Below are positions 8,511-16,001 of a stretch of DNA of 64,000 bases, piece by piece (position 1 is the first letter of the stretch; each line of letters begins with the position of its first letter). Below the pieces are notes generated by a model. It saw nothing but the letters and a program-made list of their open reading frames with translations. It was not told where the DNA came from and did not search any database. Both the position numbers and the translations under genes were made by a program. The stretch is from a virus: IMG/VR virus record IMGVR_UViG_3300026875_000002; one strand, given 5' to 3'.

Positions 8511-8585
8511 TGTGTATGGAAGTATATGCATATAATGACTAACCAATTAATGGTTTGGTGGTTTGAATCCACCCCTACACAACCA
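8511..8585 (+). ncRNA. Degenerate tRNA-like element (75 nt, ends ACCA)
   Basis: T-arm GGTGG-TTTGAAT-CCACC; acceptor TGTGTA/TACACA; AACCA/TGGTT arm; non-canonical D arm and loops. Confidence 0.4.
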
Positions 8586-8708
8586 TTTTATATGAATGAT
8601 ACGTACCAGTACTAATTGGTTAAAAATGTGTTGTAAAAAAGGCACAGCGTATCCCCTAAGAATAAAACATGATCTTATAAAAAAAAGTAGAATTGGAGGT
8701 AATAAAAC

Positions 8709-8915
8709 ATGACAGAAATACCTAAAGCACCAATAACAAGAATAGTAAAAAATGCAGGAGCAGAAAGAATAAGCAAAGAAGCAGAACAAAAAATAGTAGA
8801 AGCAGTAGAACAATACACCAATAAACTAGCATTAGCAGTAATAGACCTAGCAAAACACGCAGACAGAAAAACAATACAAGTAGAAGATGTAGAACTAACA
8901 CTCAAACACTTCTAA
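8709..8915 (+). CDS. Archaeal histone (HMf-type)
   Basis: EIPKAPITRIVKNAGAERIS..LAKHADRKTIQVEDVELTL; RBS GGAGGT. Confidence 0.95.
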   Translation: MTEIPKAPITRIVKNAGAERISKEAEQKIVEAVEQYTNKLALAVIDLAKHADRKTIQVEDVELTLKHF

Positions 8916-9063
8916 AACCTCAACTCCTAAATTCACCCCCTCACAAAAAAGTTACTTTTCGTTACATGATACATATGAAGATAATAAAAAATAGTAAATG
9001 ATATCATGCACGTTGGAGTAACAGGACACAACAAGATAACAAAAATCTTTTGATGAAAAATGA

Positions 9064-9525
9064 TGGTAACGACAGGATAATATAAAAATAATAATAATAA
9101 TAATGATTATTTCATTAAATTTCTTTGTAAAAAGGAAACAAACTATACAATAGTAAAATTATAATCTAATCAAATAAAAAAAAGTGATATCTACACTAGT
9201 AGAAAAGTATGAACTGTAAACATAAAGAAAAATTGAAACCGAGTCCTATTTTTCTTTGGATAAAGCTGATGAAGAGTAAATATTATTTTGATTATAAAAC
9301 AGATTATACCAGACCCCTAGTTGTAAATATTATTTTCATACGTCTAGTCCTGGTTGATATTTTATATTACAGCAGACGCATAATCCCCCTTAATGGATAT
9401 ATTTCTATTGTATACTAGTGAATTTATTTAATATTGAATAAATTATACTCATAGTTTAGTATATTAAATTAGTATATTAAAAATAATGTAAAAAAAAAGT
9501 TGGGGGTTCGATTCCCCCGTTACCA
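9064..9525 (+). ncRNA. Candidate structured ncRNA with tRNA-like 3' end
   Basis: Nested 8-11 bp helices in 9144-9444; T-arm GGGGG-TTCGATT-CCCCC at 9502-9518. Confidence 0.4.
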
Positions 9526-9565
9526 AATAAATCCTTTACGAGATAATTTCAATGAAGATTCAAAA

Positions 9566-9766
9566 ATGACAGAAAAAGAAGTGAAATACAAGAAAATATA
9601 CGTAAAAGTATGTCCAGAATGTAGAAACACGATCTTCAAAAAGGATTACTCCAGAAATGAAGTATACTGTAGTGCTTGTGGACTGGTATTAATAGCTCCT
9701 CCCGTATCAGGAATTATAACACCAGGATTCAAGATAATTACAATAAAAATACCTATATTAAAATAA
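9566..9766 (+). CDS. Stand-alone TFB/TFIIB-type zinc-ribbon protein (66 aa)
   Basis: CPECRNTIFKKDYSRNEVYCSACGLVL matches the TFIIB N-terminal ribbon; ATG at 9566 preferred over TTG 9500. Confidence 0.8.
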   Translation: MTEKEVKYKKIYVKVCPECRNTIFKKDYSRNEVYCSACGLVLIAPPVSGIITPGFKIITIKIPILK

Positions 9767-9780
9767 AATTTATTAGATGC

Positions 9781-9812
9781 TCCCATTTAGTTGTGAAAAA
9801 CTAGGGGGAGCT
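9781..9812 (+). terminator. Hairpin after TFB-ribbon gene
   Basis: GCTCCC..AGTT-GTGAA-AACT..GGGAGC stem followed by TTATTTT. Confidence 0.4.
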
Positions 9813-9859
9813 TATTTTCTGTAACACAAGCAGATTACCATATTTTTTAATTCTCTCTT

Positions 9860-10370
9860 ATTATTAAGAGTCTCCAAAGGGAGTCTGTGGAGAAAGTAAA
9901 ATGGTTAAAATACGTTGGATATATTTTTTTTGAATAGTATTGGGAGAAAAAGAAGAATATTTCATAAAAAAAAATTTAGGGGAAATCATCATGTTTCAAG
10001 GAAAAAGTATCCATATCCTAGCATGGAAGAGATCTATACGTGGAATTAATGAATGAATCAAAATGGTTTTTTTTATAATAAATGTTTTTTTTAAAGTTGT
10101 AAATTTTTATCAGAGAAAATTATCGTTATATGTTTTTTCATCACCCTGTGAAAAAAAGTAAAAGTAGTCTTTGCTGCAATTATGCTACGTCAGTAATAAA
10201 TATTTAACAGTATATTATGTATCCTTGAAAAAAAAGAAAAAGGGAAATCCCCCCATAATTTCCTTATCATTTGTTCCTATAATCTCCCATTTGTATGTTC
10301 ATTCCACCAGGACATACTCACTATTCAAATATATTAGGAAATAACCATTTATTTTTCACCCTCCTTAATT
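9860..10370. ncRNA. Candidate large structured ncRNA (strand unknown)
   Basis: Five perfectly nested long-range helices of 6-10 bp; no ORF of 60 aa or more. Confidence 0.45.
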
Positions 10371-10517
10371 TTATTAAATGATTTTCTACTTGGGAGTTTA
10401 AAAGTTACTCCGAAAATCAAAATACCCTAATCACCCCCCCCCCCAAGGAAGAGTATAACAGGCTGAATCCATATGTACGTGAACCGAAGAACAGGTCAAA
10501 GAATCACAGACCACGAA

Positions 10518-10622
10518 ATGAATAAGAAACTAAAAAATAATCCCCACTACACACACCCATACTCAAATGAAATCACAATAGAACATGAAACGTGGACCTA
10601 TATAAAAAGTAGGCTAGACTAA
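10518..10622 (+). CDS. 34-aa mini-ORF resembling N-terminus of 11183-11536
   Basis: MNKKLKNNPHYTHPYSNEIT vs MKKKIKNNPYLNEIT. Confidence 0.35.
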   Translation: MNKKLKNNPHYTHPYSNEITIEHETWTYIKSRLD

Positions 10623-10624
10623 AA

Positions 10625-10969
10625 ATGAAATATATTTCAAAGCTAAATAAGAAGTATTGTATTTACAAATGGTGTAATGGGAAAAATGTGTATTTTGGAA
10701 CATTTAACACACTAAAAGAAGCCCAGAAATATAGGGATTTCCTAATAAATCATGATTGGGATTTAAAGTATAGGAAAAGAAGTCCACGAAAATATAATCT
10801 CCCAAAATATATCTATAAGAAACCTGGGGAAGACATGTTTATTATCAGGAAAACAGTGGATTATCAGCAAGTACATCTTGGTTATTATAAAACATTACAA
10901 GAAGCCATTAAAGAAAAAGAGTTCTATGAGAGTATCAACTGGGATTTAGACTTACTCGACTTATACTAG
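10625..10969 (+). CDS. Tandem AP2-like domain protein
   Basis: Two repeats of KYI..Y/FII.K......F/LG.F/Y.TL.EA....L/F...W. Confidence 0.7.
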   Translation: MKYISKLNKKYCIYKWCNGKNVYFGTFNTLKEAQKYRDFLINHDWDLKYRKRSPRKYNLPKYIYKKPGEDMFIIRKTVDYQQVHLGYYKTLQEAIKEKEFYESINWDLDLLDLY

Positions 10970-11182
10970 ATTTTAACCCTTATTTTATTGGATTTTATGA
11001 TTATGTGGGGATATAATAAATTATAATTTTTTCAACAAGATCATACAAATACACTTCCCCCCATGTATTATAATATTAAGAGGTAAAAAAAATACAAGGA
11101 ATATCCACCAAATCCACTTAAATAAACTATTCACCATTAATTATTAAGAATATCTAATTAATCTAGAGGGAGAACCCCACAA

Positions 11183-11536
11183 ATGAAGAAAAAAATAAAA
11201 AATAATCCATACTTAAATGAAATAACATTCCAAACATTCACAGACACATACAAACGTAAACATGAAAACAATGAATTATACACACAACAATACCATCAAC
11301 TCACAAAAAAAATAGCACAATACCTACAAACCCCCCACCAAAACATAATAATAAACATACCCGACAAAATAATCACAATAAACATAGAACAAGACAGACT
11401 CATACTCCTAACACTACAAAAACTAACAGAACTAACAGAATACCTCGGAGTAGAAGACATCCGCATCTACACCCCAAGTAGAAACACACTCATAATAAAT
11501 TACAACAATAAAGAAGAAGAGGAAAAAGACACATGA
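11183..11536 (+). CDS. Hypothetical protein
   Basis: RBS GAGGGAG; ATGA overlap with next gene. Confidence 0.7.
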   Translation: MKKKIKNNPYLNEITFQTFTDTYKRKHENNELYTQQYHQLTKKIAQYLQTPHQNIIINIPDKIITINIEQDRLILLTLQKLTELTEYLGVEDIRIYTPSRNTLIINYNNKEEEEKDT

Positions 11537-11781
11537 CCACAAATATCAATCTACAATCACTAATAGTAGGAATACTAGGAATATCACTAATAAGTATGAT
11601 ATACCTACACTACGACACAGAACTAATCCTAGCCCTAATAACAGGACTAGTAGGAGTACTTGTACCAGTCAAAAACACAAATACTATAACAACACAAGAA
11701 GCAATAAAACAACTAGAACAAGACCCCACAATACAAGTACAAACAGAAGAGATGAACAATGATAAACAAGAATACTCCTAA
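11533..11781 (+). CDS. Two-TM membrane protein, holin candidate
   Basis: Two hydrophobic segments and a charged C-terminus in 82 aa. Confidence 0.55.
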   Translation: MTTNINLQSLIVGILGISLISMIYLHYDTELILALITGLVGVLVPVKNTNTITTQEAIKQLEQDPTIQVQTEEMNNDKQEYS

Positions 11782-11812
11782 AACCAAAACAAAAAACATA
11801 ATGGAGGGAAAA

Positions 11813-12118
11813 ATGCAAAACAAGAAAATAGAAGGAAATGAAACAATACAAGACTATCGATTAACCCTCCTAGAAAAACAAATAGCAGAAAACCAGAAAA
11901 TAATAAACGAAAACCAAAAACAACTCATAACAAAACTAGAAAGAATAGAAACACAATTCCAAAAAGACCATGAAAGAATAATACAACACGAAGCACACCT
12001 ACAACAATTAGACACAAAACTAGAAAAATACGATAAATACCTCTTCATGATCATAAGCACAGTCATCGCACAAATATTTGTATTAATAACACAATTAATA
12101 CCACACATATTCCACTAA
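11813..12118 (+). CDS. Coiled-coil protein with C-terminal TM helix
   Basis: Heptad-like region then YLFMIISTVIAQIFVLITQLI; RBS GGAGGG before ATG 11813 (ORF open from 11759). Confidence 0.65.
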   Translation: MQNKKIEGNETIQDYRLTLLEKQIAENQKIINENQKQLITKLERIETQFQKDHERIIQHEAHLQQLDTKLEKYDKYLFMIISTVIAQIFVLITQLIPHIFH

Positions 12119-12145
12119 AAAAAAGGGGAAGAAGGTGAAAACTAA

Positions 12146-12265
12146 ATGGAATCCATACACATATTCAACATAACCCTCACAATATTAAACATAATAATAT
12201 GCTTAATATGCATATACATACTCACAAACATGATAAAATACATGAAACCCCACAAAGAAGAATAA
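12146..12265 (+). CDS. Single-TM peptide (39 aa)
   Basis: MESIHIFNITLTILNIIICLICIYILTNMIKYMKPHKEE; RBS AGGTGA. Confidence 0.5.
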   Translation: MESIHIFNITLTILNIIICLICIYILTNMIKYMKPHKEE

Positions 12266-12407
12266 AAAATAACAAGACATATACTCATAAACCAAAAAAA
12301 CAACCCAAAAAAATAACAAGTACCATAATTAAAAAATTTTTTTTTAAACCACGAATTGAATAAAAATGTAACTTTCAAAAAAAAACTGCAAAAGAAGGAA
12401 ATTCAAG

Positions 12408-12986
12408 ATGACAAAACACAAATTTGACCAACAACCCCACGAATCAGAAAAATTATACAATAGATTCAAAAGATACAGAGCAAAACACAAATCCATCACT
12501 CTTGAAAAATTTGCAGAAGAAGAAGGAGTAACAAAATCAACAATAGCACAAAACAGTGCAAAATGGAATTGGGATGCACGAGCAGATGCATGGGATGCAT
12601 ATGAAGCACAAAAATTATACAAGAAAGTTCAAGATGACTTCGAAAAACTCAACAAGAAAGGATTACATGACATGGATAACTTCATTGATGAACTTAATGA
12701 ACTAAGAAAAGATGCAATGAAACGATTCAGAAAAGAAGCAATTAACAGTACTACTTGTCTTAATATTATGAAGAATTATATTACCTGTTATCGTGAGGCT
12801 ACTGAAATTTATTATATTAATTGTCGTAAACCTTTATTCCCTCCAGATATTGTTGAAGAAGATAAGGGTGCTGATGATAAAATTGATAATATCTTATCTG
12901 AAAATGAGGCTCATAATCATGTTGTACAGTTACGTAAAGAGGGGAGTGCTAAGATTATGAGACCTGGATCTAATATTTCAGATTAA
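12408..12986 (+). CDS. terS: Terminase small subunit (putative)
   Basis: N-terminal HTH (ITLEKFAEEEGVTKSTI..WNWDAR); directly upstream of terL. Confidence 0.65.
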   Translation: MTKHKFDQQPHESEKLYNRFKRYRAKHKSITLEKFAEEEGVTKSTIAQNSAKWNWDARADAWDAYEAQKLYKKVQDDFEKLNKKGLHDMDNFIDELNELRKDAMKRFRKEAINSTTCLNIMKNYITCYREATEIYYINCRKPLFPPDIVEEDKGADDKIDNILSENEAHNHVVQLRKEGSAKIMRPGSNISD

Positions 12987-13125
12987 GTTTTATGTGTTTG
13001 TTCAGCATTTCTATTTTTTTATTGAACACCTCTGATTTAAATCCCCCTATTTATTTTTTAGTAATATACATTGTTTACAATATTATCTTATTTTATACAT
13101 ATTTTATAACTGAGTGATTATTACC

Positions 13126-14559
13126 ATGTTAGTCAACTACGATAAATTAAACCAAACCATCACCGAAAGTGAACAACAAACATATATAGATGAAGTTCTA
13201 CGCAATCCATACATTCCTCATGGTAATAAAAAGGAACCATGGAAAAAAGTAGACCCATTCTATGAACAAATGTTAATACTCATGGATGAATGTGACAAAA
13301 AATACCCTGATTATAAATTAATCAGTGGAGGAGCATTTAGTGGAAAAAGTCAAATGACAGCAATCATGGCAGCAAGATACCTCATATATCCTAACTATCG
13401 TGGACTAATACTACGAAACACATATAAACAAGTAGTAAGTAGTGGCGGAGCAGTTGACAAACTCCGTGGATGGTTAGGTGATAAAAAAAGACTTGGAAAA
13501 TACACATGTAAAGAAAACAAAACAGAAATGTTCTTTGAAGCACCCAACGGGGCAAGAATATACTACAGTTACTGTGACACACCAGAACAAATGGATAAAA
13601 TAAGAGGAACAAGTTACCATGACATATTCATAGAAGAAGCAAGTGAAATACCTGGAGACATACTAGAATTTCTACCCCGCTCCATACGACCACACAGAGG
13701 AAAAGATTATATTCCTGAGGGATATGTACTTAACAGTAACCCATCATTTGGGCCTGGTGTTGACTGGCTTCATAAAATGTTTCTTGATGAAGATAGTCCT
13801 CATAAACATTACACATTAGACCTTATGATGAATCCCTTCGTGGATAGAATTGCATATGATAAAAGACTTGCAGAAATGAGTCCAGTACAACAAGCATTCA
13901 TGCGTTTTGGTGACTGGAATTATGTTCCTGATGGTGGACTTCTTCTTACACGTGAACAATTAGAAGAAGCTGAAATTGACCCCCTTGAATTTGATTATAA
14001 TGATACTATTTTTAGTTTGATTGGTGTTGATATTGCTGGTGAAGGTGATGATTACACTAGTCTTACAAGTATACTTTACCTTAAGAATGGTAATGTTATT
14101 CTTGATGATAATATTCTTCTTAATGATAGTACCCTTGAGGAACAAGTAAAACATTTCGTAGAAGAACAGACTGAGAAAACAAAACTCAATCGTATCATCT
14201 TTGAAGAAGAAGGAGGAGGAAGTGCAACCTATGCACTTAAACATTTCAAGCATGTACTAAGTGATATTCAGAAAAAGAATTATTTCAGTGTGAAAATGAA
14301 ACCAGTACGAAAAAATAAATTTGAAAGAGCAAGACCACTAGCATATGGTATACGAAATGGATTTGTACGTATCAACAAGTTTATCCCAAACAAGCAGTTA
14401 CTACAAAATCAATTCATGTATGTAAATCCAGATAAGCAGATAATGAAAAAACATAAAAGTCCGGATTTCCTTGATAGTGCCACTATCGGATATAATAGTC
14501 TTAACAGTATGTATAATCTTGAAGAATACAATAGAAAAATTAGGAGAAATAATAAATGA
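13126..14559 (+). CDS. terL: Terminase large subunit
   Basis: Walker A GGAFSGKS, Walker B IFIEEASE, nuclease GVDIA..D and SPDFLD; ORF open from GTG 13114. Confidence 0.92.
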   Translation: MLVNYDKLNQTITESEQQTYIDEVLRNPYIPHGNKKEPWKKVDPFYEQMLILMDECDKKYPDYKLISGGAFSGKSQMTAIMAARYLIYPNYRGLILRNTYKQVVSSGGAVDKLRGWLGDKKRLGKYTCKENKTEMFFEAPNGARIYYSYCDTPEQMDKIRGTSYHDIFIEEASEIPGDILEFLPRSIRPHRGKDYIPEGYVLNSNPSFGPGVDWLHKMFLDEDSPHKHYTLDLMMNPFVDRIAYDKRLAEMSPVQQAFMRFGDWNYVPDGGLLLTREQLEEAEIDPLEFDYNDTIFSLIGVDIAGEGDDYTSLTSILYLKNGNVILDDNILLNDSTLEEQVKHFVEEQTEKTKLNRIIFEEEGGGSATYALKHFKHVLSDIQKKNYFSVKMKPVRKNKFERARPLAYGIRNGFVRINKFIPNKQLLQNQFMYVNPDKQIMKKHKSPDFLDSATIGYNSLNSMYNLEEYNRKIRRNNK

Positions 14560-15995
14560 CTACATTAAATGAATTATTTCCAGAATTAGAAAATTTTCAA
14601 CAAGAATTAGAGGAATATCTTACACTTGATGAAAGTAGTACAACACAAAAAAGAGACACAATCCAACATGAATATCTTAAACCTATTGTTGATCCAAGAT
14701 TATCAAGGTATGTGTATCATCGTTGTGATGACCTTCAAAAAGTTTTAACAGTATATGCAAAAGATGTTATTCTTAATGATTTTTCATTAGAAGATGTTGA
14801 TGAAAACGATGAAAACATTGAATTAATCAATACAGTATGGAATAATAATGAAAACAAAATACAATTATACTATGCAGTACTTGAATACTTCATATATGGA
14901 TATGGAGCATTAGAAATTATTCAGCAAAGAAAAGGATATTCATTCCAACAAATACCTGCTCATACAATTAAAATAAGAGTAGAACCATTAACAAGTACTG
15001 TTACAGGTAATACATATCAATTTTATTTTCTTGAACAAGAAATTAACGGAATCAAAACACTACTAAAATTCAGTCATCTTGATTATACTCTTCTTGAAAA
15101 ATATGGTGATAAGGGTATTCTTGAGCAACTAGATTATGATAATCTTAATGAATGTCTCTGGTTTGGAGGATGTAATGAAGACCAATTCTTTGATATTCCT
15201 GCATGGGAAAGTTGTAGTGAGAAGATATATACCAACATTGCAATCAAGAAGATGAATCTTAAGAAAATTAATAAGGGAAATGTTCCTGCGGGCGTATTAA
15301 TGTTTGAAGGACCTCCAGCATTACCTGACCCTGATAATCCTGATGAAAAACGTATTGATCATATTCTTGAAGAGAATATTGATGCTACAGAGGGAGGTAC
15401 CATGTTTACTTATATTACTAGTGATAGTGAGGAGCGTGGCGTTACTATGCAGTATCAATCTCTTGTTGATAATAATTATGAATATTTTAATGGGTTAGAA
15501 GAAGCTAATCGTAAAAGTATTTATAAATGTATTGGTGTTCCTCCTATTCGTTTAATGCTCATGGATCAAAAAGAATCTATGAATAGTGATAAAAGTGATA
15601 AGGTTTTCAGTATTTATTGTGATAATGAAATACGTCCAACACAGATGCTTTTTAAGTCACCGATTAATCAGTGGAATAGGAAATATTTAAAGATTACTTC
15701 AAGTATTGTTATTGATACTCCCGAGTTTGTTGATAAGACAGGTATTCGTATTGATAATATTCTTAAAGGTTTTAATGCTGGATTATTAACTCTTGGACAA
15801 GCTCTTGAAGGATTAGTTGATATTTATCCTCAACTTGACCTTCAAAGGAATGTGGATGATCCAGAATTACTGAACATGAGATTCTATAATGGTAATGCAC
15901 TAGGTACCAATAATAATGTTAGTGATAAAGAGGAACAATACACTGACATGATTAAAGGTATGGAATCCTACCTTAACAATATGGACTCAATATAA
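14556..15995 (+). CDS. Portal protein
   Basis: Follows terL; 479 aa; YFIYGYGALEII, NKGNVPAGVL and IGVPPIRL motifs. Confidence 0.85.
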   Translation: MTTLNELFPELENFQQELEEYLTLDESSTTQKRDTIQHEYLKPIVDPRLSRYVYHRCDDLQKVLTVYAKDVILNDFSLEDVDENDENIELINTVWNNNENKIQLYYAVLEYFIYGYGALEIIQQRKGYSFQQIPAHTIKIRVEPLTSTVTGNTYQFYFLEQEINGIKTLLKFSHLDYTLLEKYGDKGILEQLDYDNLNECLWFGGCNEDQFFDIPAWESCSEKIYTNIAIKKMNLKKINKGNVPAGVLMFEGPPALPDPDNPDEKRIDHILEENIDATEGGTMFTYITSDSEERGVTMQYQSLVDNNYEYFNGLEEANRKSIYKCIGVPPIRLMLMDQKESMNSDKSDKVFSIYCDNEIRPTQMLFKSPINQWNRKYLKITSSIVIDTPEFVDKTGIRIDNILKGFNAGLLTLGQALEGLVDIYPQLDLQRNVDDPELLNMRFYNGNALGTNNNVSDKEEQYTDMIKGMESYLNNMDSI

Positions 15996-16001
15996 TGTGG
16001 G

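Noticed and set aside
8511-8585. Calling the tRNA-like element a functional ochre suppressor (TTA in loop)
   Set aside because: No U33, irregular loop size, no canonical D-arm and a bulged acceptor stem; kept only as a mimic
9235-9272. Hammerhead-like core in type II order (GAAAC, GTC, CTGATGA)
   Set aside because: Stems I-III have only 2-3 pairs, a competing perfect 10-bp helix (9224-9233/9248-9257) sequesters the core, and CTGATGA occurs several times elsewhere in the genome
9209-9418. 69-aa plus-strand ORF
   Set aside because: No RBS or recognisable motif, and it coincides with the densely paired region better explained as RNA structure
9500-9565. TTG start extension of the TFB-ribbon ORF
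   Set aside because: It runs through the GC-rich T-arm hairpin and lacks an RBS; ATG 9566 gives a compact domain
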